Position numbers and translations under genes: made by a program. From Gemmatales bacterium (lineage in GTDB: Bacteria > Planctomycetota > Planctomycetia > Gemmatales > Gemmataceae), in NCBI GenBank assembly GCA_038221045.1, contig JBBRIK010000001.1, forward strand, positions 1-28,632: 28,632 bases of DNA, in the 5' to 3' direction. Each line of letters opens with the position of its first letter. Position 1 is the first letter of the stretch. Below are positions 1 through 7,995 of this stretch, one piece after another. A model generated the notes under the pieces. The model was given only the letters and a program-made list of their open reading frames with translations. It had not been told where the DNA came from and did not search any database.

Positions 1-537
1 CTGCTGCTGGCCGCCCGACAGGTTGAGAGCCGAGTCGTTCAAGCGGTCCTTGACCTCGTCCCACAGGGCGGCGCGGCGCAGACTGTGTTCGGTGATCTCG
101 TACAGATGCGCCCGGTTGCTGACTCCCGCCACGCGCGGCCCGAAGACCACGTTCTCGAAGACGGATTTGGGAAAGGGGTTCGACTTCTGGAACACCATAC
201 CCACGCGCCGGCGCAGCTCCACAATGTCGAGCGGCCCGCCGTAGATCTCCTGGCCGTCGAGAGAGATTTCGCCGGTGTGGCGCGTCCCTTCGATCAGGTC
301 GTTCATGCGGTTGAGGGAGCGCAGAAACGTCGATTTGCCGCACCCGGACGGCCCAATGAGGGCGAACACCGAGCGCTCCGGGATCACCACGGAGACATCG
401 TGCAGGGCCTGGATGCCGCCGTACCAGAACGACAGGCCTCGAACCAGGAACTTCGGGCGCACTCCCTTCAGGTCGGGAGACTCCCGTCCCACCATGCTTC
501 GTTCGGACAGGATGGCGGAGTAAGAAAGGATGGACAC
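1..537 (-). CDS. pstB: Phosphate ABC transporter ATP-binding protein PstB (3' end runs off the window)
   Basis: Translated by hand because it is missing from the ORF track (no stop in window): ...[12 protein letters not shown]...[22 protein letters not shown]...[22 protein letters not shown]...[11 protein letters not shown]. Walker A and ABC signature present. GTG at 537 follows GAGGTG; the in-frame ATG at 495 is an alternative start. Confidence 0.95.
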   Translation of the reverse strand, partial: MSILSYSAILSERSMVGRESPDLKGVRPKFLVRGLSFWYGGIQALHDVSVVIPERSVFALIGPSGCGKSTFLRSLNRMNDLIEGTRHTGEISLDGQEIYGGPLDIVELRRRVGMVFQKSNPFPKSVFENVVFGPRVAGVSNRAHLYEITEHSLRRAALWDEVKDRLNDSALNLSGGQQQ

Positions 538-587
538 CGAAGCACCTCAAGGCAAGCCGAACGGCGTTTCAGGGAGACTGCGAGGAA

Positions 588-631
588 ATTCTAATGCTCG
601 CATGTGTGGATTTGATGAAGAAATCGCGAAG
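588..631 (-). promoter_or_regulatory. Pho-box-like promoter upstream of pstB
   Basis: Minus strand CTTCGC-N5-CTTCAT-N5-CCACAC (11-bp period; 631-626, 620-615, 609-604), then 10 nt, then -10 TAGAAT (593-588). Confidence 0.7.
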
Positions 632-632
632 A

Positions 633-2396
633 TCAAGGGGCAGGGGCGAGCGGCAGACGGATGAAAAACTTCGTTCCCTCGCCCACTCGGCTCGTCGCGG
701 ATATCGTTCCCCGCATGGCCTGGACGAGATGTTTGACGATCGACAGTCCCAGGCCGGTCCCTCCCAGTTCGCGGGCGCGGGCCTTGTCCACGCGGTAAAA
801 GCGCTCGAAGATGCGCGGCAAATCCTGGTCGGGAATGCCGATGCCGGTGTCGTCGATCTCCAGACAGACTTGCCCTTCTTCCACTCGCCAGCGTATGCCG
901 ATGCGGCCCCCCGCCGGCGTGTACTTCAGCGCATTATCCACGAGGTTGTCGAGGATCTGGTTGATCGCTTCCTCGTCGGCCCAGACAGCGAGGCCGTCCC
1001 CCGACGCTTCGAGCGACTGGTTCTTCGCTTCGGCGCGGGCGCGATTGCGTTCGAGGCAGGCAGCGACCGGCGGACCGAGCGCGACTGCCTGGAAGTCGAA
1101 GGCTTCCGTTCCCGACTCGATCCGCGCCAGACTGAGCAGATCGAGGATCAGGGCCTGCAAGCGATCGGCTTGCTCGGCGATCATCCGCAGGAACGGCCCT
1201 CGATGTTCCGGGTCGTCCACTGCCCCTTCGAGCAGGGTTTCCACATACGCCTTGATGACCGATAGAGGCGTCTTTAATTCGTGGGAAACGTTGGCGACGA
1301 ACTCCTGACGCAGACGCTCCAGGCGGCGCAGTTCGGTCGTATCGTGAAGCACCAGGACGGCCCCGCGCGAAGGAAAGCCGGGCAGGCGGGCGGCATGGAC
1401 CGTCAAGCTCTTGGCCGTGGTGCCCTCCCAGATCAGTTCCTGCTGATAGGGGTCCGGATCGTCCAGCGCCCGGCGGACGACGTCCTGAAGCGCGCGCCGC
1501 CGGACGACTTCCCAGAGTTTGCGGCCCGTCATCGCCTGAGGTTGGAACTCGAGCAACTGTCCCGCGCGCTCGTTGGCGAAGAGGATGCGCTGGTCCGCGT
1601 CGAGGGCGACGACCCCCTCGATCATGCCGCTGAGGATCATGCGCAGCTGCTGGCGATCCTCCGCGACCTGGGCGAACTGAGCCGCCAACCGCTCGCTCAT
1701 CTCGTTGAAAGTGCGGGCCAGTGTGCCGACTTCGTCCCGGCCGACGGCGTAGACCTTGTGGCCATAGTCGCCCGCCGCGAGTCGTTCGGCCCCGGCCGTC
1801 AGTTCCTGGAGCGGCCGGCTGCCGCGCCGCGCCAGCCACAGGGCCAGGGCCAGGGCGGCGAGGCTGGTCCCGGCAGCAGTACTCCAGACGACCTTGCGCA
1901 GCCAGGCCGCCTCTTCATGGACGCGAGTCAGCGGCAGGGCGACGCGCACAAAGCGCACAGTCCGGCCCTCGCCCTCGGCGCGCAGGGCCACATACATCAT
2001 CGGCTCATGGACGGTGTTGCTGAAGCGCGACGAGGTGCCGAAATGCGAGATCCGTGCCGCCTGCACTTCCGGGCGATTGGCGTGGTTCTCCATGTGAGCG
2101 GGGTCTTCTTCCGAATCGCCCAGCACGCGTCCATCCTCGGCCAGGAGCGTGATGCGCGTGGCAATCTCCTGACGCAGCGCGGTGATGCGTTCCTGAAGGA
2201 GCGCGATCTGGGCCGGTGACACGTCGCGAACGACTTCGCGGACGAGGATGGCCTTGGTGCGGAGGCTCTCTTCGATCTGGGCCAGATTGTGCTGCTGCAC
2301 CCGGCTGATAATCAGGATCCCGAGCAAACCGATTGCGGACAGCAACAGGAAACTGCAAGTGCCGAACAGCCGCCAGAACATGCGTGAGTGCCACAT
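633..2396 (-). CDS. phoR: PhoR-like sensor histidine kinase (2 TM, HAMP, PAS, HisKA, HATPase), 587 aa
   Basis: H-box FVANVSHELKTPL, N-box NLVDNALKY, G1 DDTGIGI, F-box IFERFYRVDKAR, G2 GGTGLGLSIVKH; lies inside the pst cluster. Confidence 0.85.
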   Translation of the reverse strand: MWHSRMFWRLFGTCSFLLLSAIGLLGILIISRVQQHNLAQIEESLRTKAILVREVVRDVSPAQIALLQERITALRQEIATRITLLAEDGRVLGDSEEDPAHMENHANRPEVQAARISHFGTSSRFSNTVHEPMMYVALRAEGEGRTVRFVRVALPLTRVHEEAAWLRKVVWSTAAGTSLAALALALWLARRGSRPLQELTAGAERLAAGDYGHKVYAVGRDEVGTLARTFNEMSERLAAQFAQVAEDRQQLRMILSGMIEGVVALDADQRILFANERAGQLLEFQPQAMTGRKLWEVVRRRALQDVVRRALDDPDPYQQELIWEGTTAKSLTVHAARLPGFPSRGAVLVLHDTTELRRLERLRQEFVANVSHELKTPLSVIKAYVETLLEGAVDDPEHRGPFLRMIAEQADRLQALILDLLSLARIESGTEAFDFQAVALGPPVAACLERNRARAEAKNQSLEASGDGLAVWADEEAINQILDNLVDNALKYTPAGGRIGIRWRVEEGQVCLEIDDTGIGIPDQDLPRIFERFYRVDKARARELGGTGLGLSIVKHLVQAMRGTISATSRVGEGTKFFIRLPLAPAP

Positions 2397-2435
2397 CGTT
2401 CGTTCTTGTCACCCTTACGCTGACTGAATTGGATG

Positions 2436-2502
2436 GGCGAGCCCCGAGCGTAAGCGACCGGAGTTTTCGCATCACTCCAGTCGCTTACGCTCCCGGCTCG
2501 CC
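2436..2502. repeat. REP-like palindrome, family B (GGCGAGCC..GAGCGTAAGCGACCGGAG..CTCC(A/G)GTCGCTTACGCTC..GGCTCGCC)
   Basis: Long near-perfect inverted repeat; a near-identical second copy lies at 4500-4566. Confidence 0.9.
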
Positions 2503-2542
2503 TGGCAAAACGCGATCTCGCAGAGAAATACGTCCTTGCGTT

Positions 2543-4462
2543 TCAATCGGCCCGGCTGGCCGAGATCACCCGCTTGCCGGTCAGGAGGCGGATGCCGACG
2601 TTGAGCAGCATGACGGCGCTCAGAAGCACGAGGGCGGCCGCCCAGGCCTGCTTGTGCCAGTCGTCATAGGGGCTGACGGCATAATTGAAGATATACACCG
2701 GCAACGACGGAGTGAAATCGTTCGGCGACGAAGGCCAGAATTGATTGCTCGACGCGGTCAACAGCAGCGGCGCGGTTTCGCCGCCGATGCGAGCGATGGC
2801 CAGGAACACGCCCGTGATGATGGCCGGCAGCGCCGCCGGCACCACGACGCGCAGCACGGTCTGCGGCTGGCTCGCTCCCAGAGCGTAACTGGCATTGCGA
2901 ATCGATTGCGGCACCAGCTTCAGCGCCTCCTCCGAAGCGCGCATGACAATGGGGATCATCATCATCCCCAGGGCGAACGCGCCGGCCCAGCCTGAAAAAT
3001 GGCCCATCGGCTTCACGACCAGATGGTAAGCGAAGATGCCGATGACGATGGAGGGAACGCCGCTGAGCAACTCGCCGACGAAGCGCACGACCGGCCCGAA
3101 ACGTTCGCTCCGGTACTCGACCAGGTAGATCGCGGCGAGGATGCCGACGGGGACGGCGAAGAGCGTGGCCAAGCCGACCAGTACGAAACTGCCATAGAGG
3201 GCGTTGGCCATGCCGCCCCCCTTTTCGCCGACCGGCGCGGGGAGATTGACGAAGAACTCCCAGTTCAACGAGCCGATCCCTTGATAGATCAGATGGCCGA
3301 GAATGAGGAACAACGGCCCCACCGTGATGGCCAGGCACAGGCCGAGAACGCCCGTCATGACGCGATTGATCCACCGCGCCATCCGAGGGGAAGCCTGATA
3401 CGAGAACGGAACGAGCGTGGACGATGGATCGATGTTCGGAGGAGGCGAGAATGCGCTCTTGCCGCGGAGAAAGGCGAGGAAGGGTTTGCGCGGACCGCCC
3501 TGGCTGACGCGGCGGATCAGCAGACGCGCCAGAGAGTTGACGACCACGCTGACGAGCAGAAGCAGCAGTCCCAACTCCACCAGGGCCGACAGGTACAGGT
3601 CATAGGTCGCCTCGGTGAACTCGTTGGCGATGACGCTGGCGATGGAATTGCCCAGGGAGAACGGATACAGGCTGATGTCCGCGCGATTGCCGATGAGCAT
3701 GGTGACGGCCATCGTTTCGCCGAGCGCCCGCCCCAGGGCAAGGAAGCAGCCGCCGATGATGCCCGGCCGGGCGTAAGGAAGTACGACCGAGCGAATCGTC
3801 TGCCAGCGCGTGGCCCCCAGCGCCAGCGCGGCCTCCCGTTGCGAGTGGGGGACGGCTCGACAGACGTCGTAGGAGACGGCGGCGACATAGGGCACGATCA
3901 TGATCGACAGGATGAGGCCGGCCGGCAGGATGCCGACGCCGCCGTGATTGGGTCCGCCCAGCGCGGTAATCACCGGCTGAAGGGCCGGCGCCAGCACGAC
4001 GAGTCCCCAGAAGCCATAGACGACGCTGGGGACGGCCGCCAGCATTTCGACGAGGAAGGACCCCGTCCGCCGGAGCCAGCCGGGAGCGATCTCCGACAGG
4101 AACGCGGCGGTGCCGACGCCGAGCGGCACGGCGATGAGCATGGCGATGACCGAGGTGGCGAGGGTGCCAAAGACGAACGCCGCCGCTCCGAACTGGCGAT
4201 GGCTCGGCTCCGGGTCCCAGGTGGTGGTGGCGAAGAAGCGCAGCCCGAGCGTCTGGATGGCCAGCCACGATTGCCAGACGAGGACGACAAGGAGGAGAGC
4301 GGCGAGGACGAGGACCAGCATCGCGGCCGCCTGACACACGGCGCGAAACGCGATGTCCGTGAAGCGTTTGAAGGGGAAAGCGCCGCGCCGTGGAGACGGA
4401 AAGCGGAATTCAGTCGCTCCGGCTTTTCGAGACGGCGGCGAGTTACCCGAGAGCGTCTCCAC
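2543..4462 (-). CDS. pstC-pstA: Fused phosphate ABC permease PstC-PstA, 639 aa
   Basis: One uninterrupted frame: PstC-like half (GTLATSVIAMLIAVPLG, EMLAAVPSVVYGFWG, QREAALALGATRWQT, ALGRALGETMAV), then PstA-like half (GGMANALYGS, LSGVPSIVIGIF, IRNASYALGAS, ARIGGETAPLLLT). GTG start at 4462. Confidence 0.92.
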   Translation of the reverse strand: METLSGNSPPSRKAGATEFRFPSPRRGAFPFKRFTDIAFRAVCQAAAMLVLVLAALLLVVLVWQSWLAIQTLGLRFFATTTWDPEPSHRQFGAAAFVFGTLATSVIAMLIAVPLGVGTAAFLSEIAPGWLRRTGSFLVEMLAAVPSVVYGFWGLVVLAPALQPVITALGGPNHGGVGILPAGLILSIMIVPYVAAVSYDVCRAVPHSQREAALALGATRWQTIRSVVLPYARPGIIGGCFLALGRALGETMAVTMLIGNRADISLYPFSLGNSIASVIANEFTEATYDLYLSALVELGLLLLLVSVVVNSLARLLIRRVSQGGPRKPFLAFLRGKSAFSPPPNIDPSSTLVPFSYQASPRMARWINRVMTGVLGLCLAITVGPLFLILGHLIYQGIGSLNWEFFVNLPAPVGEKGGGMANALYGSFVLVGLATLFAVPVGILAAIYLVEYRSERFGPVVRFVGELLSGVPSIVIGIFAYHLVVKPMGHFSGWAGAFALGMMMIPIVMRASEEALKLVPQSIRNASYALGASQPQTVLRVVVPAALPAIITGVFLAIARIGGETAPLLLTASSNQFWPSSPNDFTPSLPVYIFNYAVSPYDDWHKQAWAAALVLLSAVMLLNVGIRLLTGKRVISASRAD

Positions 4463-4499
4463 GGCTGGTCCTCGTAAACATGGGCGTCACCGTCCGACC

Positions 4500-4566
4500 G
4501 GCGAGCCGGGTGCGTAAGCGACCGGAGTCTTCGTTTCACTCCGGTCGCTTACGCTCCCGGCTCGCC
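4500..4566. repeat. REP-like palindrome, family B, between pstS and pstC-pstA
   Basis: GGCGAGCCGGGTGCGTAAGCGACCGGAG-loop-CTCCGGTCGCTTACGCTCCCGGCTCGCC; matches 2436-2502. Confidence 0.9.
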
Positions 4567-4582
4567 GACCTCGCACATCGAA

Positions 4583-5623
4583 CTACTTGGCCACCTTGAC
4601 CTGATCGAGCTTCTTCTCCAGCCGATCGATGAGGCCCTGAGGCAACCGGGCGTAGTCCAGGTCCGCCGTGTACTGTTGTCCCTCATGCGTCACCCAGCGC
4701 AGGAAATCGACCACGGCCTGTCCCTTATCCGCCGGTTGGTTGACGTAGACGACCGCCCAGACGGTGCCGCTGATCGGATACGCCTCCTTGCCGGGGGCGT
4801 CGGTTATTGAGTAACGCAAGTCGTCGGGGATCTCCGCCAGCGCGCCCTTGGCAGCTGCCGTCACCGATTCCAGGTTCGCCTTGATCGCCGCCCCCTCCTT
4901 GTTCTTGACCTTCCCGAAGGCGATGCCGTTCTGCAAGGCGTAGGTCAACTCGACGTAGCCGATGCTGCCGGGAGAACGCTTGACCTGTCCAGACACGCCC
5001 TCGCTGCCCTTTTGGCCGACGCCGCAGGGCCAGTTGACCGAGGTGCCGACGCCGACCTGCTTCTTCCACTCCGGGCTGACCTTCGACAGATAATCCACGA
5101 AAATGTAGGTGGTGCCGCTGCCGTCGGAACGATGCACGACGCCGATCTCCTTGTCCGGCAACGCCGCCTGGGGGTTGAGTTCTTTCAGGGCCGAATCGTT
5201 CCACTTCTTGATCTTGCCGAGGTAGATGTCGGCGAGGACCGTCCCCGTGAAGGTGAGAGGTTCCTTGACCTCCTCCAGGTTATAGGCGGCCACGACCGCT
5301 CCCATCGCGAGCGGGATGTGAACGACTTCTCCGGAAGTGTCGGCCGCTTTCTTCAACTGCTCCTCGTTCATCGGCCCATCCGTGCAGCCGAAGTCGAAGG
5401 TCTTGGCGGTCATTTGCTGAATACCGCCGCCGGAGCCGATCGACTGATAGTTGACCTTGGTCCCTTTCGCCTTGTCGTATTCGCTGGCCCACTTGCTCAT
5501 CATCGGGTAGACGAAGGTGGACCCGCCTCCGTTGAGCCGCTGTTCCTTGCCGCTTTTGCCGCTGCATCCTGCCGCCAGGACGCCGAACAGTCCCAGCAGA
5601 GCGATTCCCGATAGACGCTTCAT
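4583..5623 (-). CDS. pstS: Phosphate-binding lipoprotein PstS, 346 aa
   Basis: Lipobox LAAGC; GGGSTFVYP, YQSIGSGGG, DFGCTD, VHRSDGSGTT, GSIGYVE, YPISG motifs. Confidence 0.97.
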   Translation of the reverse strand: MKRLSGIALLGLFGVLAAGCSGKSGKEQRLNGGGSTFVYPMMSKWASEYDKAKGTKVNYQSIGSGGGIQQMTAKTFDFGCTDGPMNEEQLKKAADTSGEVVHIPLAMGAVVAAYNLEEVKEPLTFTGTVLADIYLGKIKKWNDSALKELNPQAALPDKEIGVVHRSDGSGTTYIFVDYLSKVSPEWKKQVGVGTSVNWPCGVGQKGSEGVSGQVKRSPGSIGYVELTYALQNGIAFGKVKNKEGAAIKANLESVTAAAKGALAEIPDDLRYSITDAPGKEAYPISGTVWAVVYVNQPADKGQAVVDFLRWVTHEGQQYTADLDYARLPQGLIDRLEKKLDQVKVAK

Positions 5624-5686
5624 GAATTGTCTCCACCTTGGCGTTTGCGTTGCCCATCTCTGGAAAGAGAGTGGGTGACGCAGAAC

Positions 5687-5741
5687 ACTCTAGATGGAGG
5701 CCGCGATGGAAGCGTGAGGAATGGATGAAGATTGCGTGAAG
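5687..5741 (-). promoter_or_regulatory. Pho-box-like promoter of pstS
   Basis: Minus strand CTTCAC-N5-CTTCAT-N5-CCTCAC-N5-CATCGC (741/730/719/708 register: 5741, 5730, 5719, 5708; 11-bp period), then 10 nt, then -10 TAGAGT (5692-5687). Confidence 0.75.
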
Positions 5742-5786
5742 GAGGGGCTGAGCAGCACAAGGAGGGTGACGCGGAGGAGATACCGG

Positions 5787-7046
5787 CTACTCGTCGATCC
5801 AGCAGCGGAATTCTTCTTCGCTCAGCCGGGGAGAGAACTCACATCCGTGCATCCAGCCTCCGCCTTCCGCCGTCGCGCGCACCACCCGAGCGAGCAAGGC
5901 TCGCGAGCCGGCGGACAGGGGTTCGATAATCAGCACGGTCCCCTGGGAGAACCGTGTTTCCAGATACACTCCTGCTCCACCAGCCGAGATGTCGCGGAGA
6001 GTGGCAAACGCCTCCGCGCCCTGCTCCTCACCCTTGAGCCGCACCCGTGCGGCGCGGTTGCAAAGCACCCGGGCCGTCACGCGACGGTCGATCCAGCGAA
6101 GGTCGTCCAGCGCAAGTTCGTCGTCATCCTGGATGATGGCGTACTCCACCCGCCCTTTGCCCGTCTTTTTGACCCGGTACATCAGGGCGTCCACGCGCTG
6201 GATCATGAGGTCCAGATCGAGGAGGGGGCGGTGGAAAGTGATGGCCCCCACGCTGAACGTCACGGGCCAACCCTTCTGGGCCGTCTCCTGCGAGAGCGTC
6301 TGGTGCAGCCGATCCAGCAGGGCGACCGCTTGCCCGGAGTCCGTCTCGGGCAGCAGCAGGGCAAACTCATCCCCGCCGAGACGAGCAAGAAGGTCCGAGC
6401 CGCGCAGGTTGAGGCGGATCACATGGACAATGTGTATCAGGGCCGCGTCCCCCGCGGCGTGGCCCATCCGGTCGTTAAGCTGCTTGAAGTTGTCCAGGTC
6501 GAGGTAGGCCAGCGTCAGAGGCCGGGACCCACGCAGGGCCCGTTCCGTCTCCACCGCCGCCGTCTCGTAAAAGGTCCGTCCATTCGCCGCCCCGGTCAGC
6601 GAGTCGGTGCGCGCGAGCAGCCGTTCTCGAAGGATGCCGGAGTAGAGCCGAGAGACCAGGCTGGAAATAAGGACCAATGTGCTGAAGCGGACGACGCCAT
6701 TCCAAACCTGGGAGGAGGGGGGTAGGTGATTCTCCAGGCCGTCCGCCACGCACCACGCGACCGATCCGGCCAGGGCGACGAGTGTGCCGTGAGAGAAGCC
6801 GCCCCACCAGGCGCAAACCATGACGGGGAGCAGATAGAAGATGCTGAAGGAAAAGTTCGGCCTGGTTCCGCAATCCAGCAGGGCGATCAGGGCGATGAGA
6901 AGGATCCCGCCCGCGACGATAAGTCCATCGCGGAAACCACGAAGCAACAAGAGTTGGGAGGGCCTCGGCAAGCGCCGTCCGACCCTGGAGGGGGAAGGAA
7001 CACGCAGCCAGAGCTGATCGGTGACCTCAGGCGTTTGGGTACTCAT
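5787..7046 (-). CDS. Membrane diguanylate cyclase with C-terminal PilZ domain, 419 aa
   Basis: N-terminal TM bundle; DSLTGAAN, YLDLDNFKQLNDRMGHAAGD, RGSD I-site five residues before an intact GGDEF; PilZ motifs RVTAR (RxxxR) and DISAGG (DxSxxG). Confidence 0.9.
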   Translation of the reverse strand: MSTQTPEVTDQLWLRVPSPSRVGRRLPRPSQLLLLRGFRDGLIVAGGILLIALIALLDCGTRPNFSFSIFYLLPVMVCAWWGGFSHGTLVALAGSVAWCVADGLENHLPPSSQVWNGVVRFSTLVLISSLVSRLYSGILRERLLARTDSLTGAANGRTFYETAAVETERALRGSRPLTLAYLDLDNFKQLNDRMGHAAGDAALIHIVHVIRLNLRGSDLLARLGGDEFALLLPETDSGQAVALLDRLHQTLSQETAQKGWPVTFSVGAITFHRPLLDLDLMIQRVDALMYRVKKTGKGRVEYAIIQDDDELALDDLRWIDRRVTARVLCNRAARVRLKGEEQGAEAFATLRDISAGGAGVYLETRFSQGTVLIIEPLSAGSRALLARVVRATAEGGGWMHGCEFSPRLSEEEFRCWIDE

Positions 7047-7144
7047 GCTAGGCCCGTAAGGGGTACTGTTCTGCCGGCGGCAATGCCCCGTGAGGGAACT
7101 CTAGCTCGCAAATGGCCCTGATGCACGAGGCGCAGCGGAATCCT

Positions 7145-7197
7145 TTCTTGCCGCTTGCGGCTTAGCAGGCAGCCCGCTAAGCCGCAAGCGGCAAGAA
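7145..7197. repeat. REPIN-like paired palindrome, family A (core GCCGC-TT/AA-GCGGC)
   Basis: Perfect 22-bp arms TTCTTGCCGCTTGCGGCTTAGC / GCTAAGCCGCAAGCGGCAAGAA with a 9-nt spacer. Confidence 0.92.
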
Positions 7198-7236
7198 GGG
7201 TTCCGCGATCGGTGTCCGCACACGGCGCGGCTGGCA

Positions 7237-7265
7237 TTGCTTGTGAAGACGACAGGGACTACACT
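7237..7265 (+). promoter_or_regulatory. Sigma70-type promoter
   Basis: TTGCTT (7237-7242) - 17 nt - TACACT (7260-7265). Confidence 0.6.
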
Positions 7266-7450
7266 CGCAGTGGATTCATTCGCCCCGACGCTCCGAGCAA
7301 CCGTTCGTTCCTCGATCTCCCCCCATCGTCTCCCACCCCAGGACACGGAACGGTCTTTTCGACGGGGACCTTCGGGCCTTCTCTGATCCGGACTCATGGA
7401 CGAGCCGGAGGGCCGGTCCGCGCAGTCGCTTGAACACGACAGGACTTCCC

Positions 7451-7741
7451 ATGTTCAGCATTTTCCGCAGTCAGACGGCCATGCTTCCCTTGCGGCAACA
7501 GTGGGAGGAAGCCAACGATCCTCTGCGCGAGGCGATCCTGCTGGCCTCGCGTCAACTGGATCAGCAGCTCAAGCACGATCCGCAGGAGAAGGGGGAGGCC
7601 CGGGAAGGGAACGTGCGCATCGCGTTCCAGTCGCCCCTGGCGGTGCTGTTCGAGGTGGATGAGGCGAACCAACTGGTGCGCATCCTGCGCGCCTGGGCGT
7701 TTCAGAGAGAAGCGGACCGGCCGAACCACGAGGCCGCGTGA
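7451..7741 (+). CDS. Small hypothetical protein, RelE/ParE-like (planctomycete type), 96 aa
   Basis: MFSIFRSQTA...LDQQLKHDPQEKGEAREGNVRIAFQSPLAVLFEVDEANQLVRILRAW resembles the RelE/ParE-like pattern (P...GE.R...R......L.V.F.V......V.I). Resemblance is recalled, not searched. Alternative start at 7430. Confidence 0.55.
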   Translation: MFSIFRSQTAMLPLRQQWEEANDPLREAILLASRQLDQQLKHDPQEKGEAREGNVRIAFQSPLAVLFEVDEANQLVRILRAWAFQREADRPNHEAA

Positions 7742-7755
7742 CGTCGAGGCGAACG

Positions 7756-7782
7756 AGGCACGCGCTTGCCGAGCGAGTGCCT
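7756..7782. terminator. Hairpin between convergent genes
   Basis: AGGCACGCGCTT-GCC-GAGCGAGTGCCT imperfect stem between the stops at 7741 and 7792. Confidence 0.4.
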
Positions 7783-7791
7783 GGCTCAGTT

Positions 7792-7995
7792 TTAGATTTC
7801 CTTGTCGTTTGAAGGGGCAGAAGGAGGCGGCTCCTCCGGTCGCAGTTGCCGTCCTATGGGGCCTCGACTCGGCCGGATGGTTGTATCCCCCGGCGAATCG
7901 AGATACACATAGAGGCTCTTTAAGTTCTCTGTCTCCATCTCAACCAGCGGAAGGCCGGAAGGCTGATCAGAAGCAGAGGATCGATGGTCACTCAT
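7792..7995 (-). CDS. Small hypothetical protein, 67 aa, translationally coupled to the upstream gene
   Basis: ATG (7995-7993) overlaps the TGA (7994-7992) of the upstream gene as ATGA; MSDHRSSASDQPSGLPLVEMETENLKSLYVYLD... Confidence 0.55.
   Translation of the reverse strand: MSDHRSSASDQPSGLPLVEMETENLKSLYVYLDSPGDTTIRPSRGPIGRQLRPEEPPPSAPSNDKEI

Noticed and set aside
85-1265. Plus-strand ORFs 85..594 and 594..1265
   Set aside because: Antisense shadows of pstB and phoR; they read as inverted descriptions of those codons and have no motifs of their own.
2999-6725. Long plus-strand ORFs 2999..4477 and 5721..6725
   Set aside because: Shadows of pstC-pstA and the GGDEF gene, expected in high-GC DNA.
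7050-7450. c-di-GMP riboswitch near the cyclase gene
   Set aside because: I could not find the GGCAAA..GAAA..GACGCAAAG core of class I on either strand; an Infernal scan would settle it.
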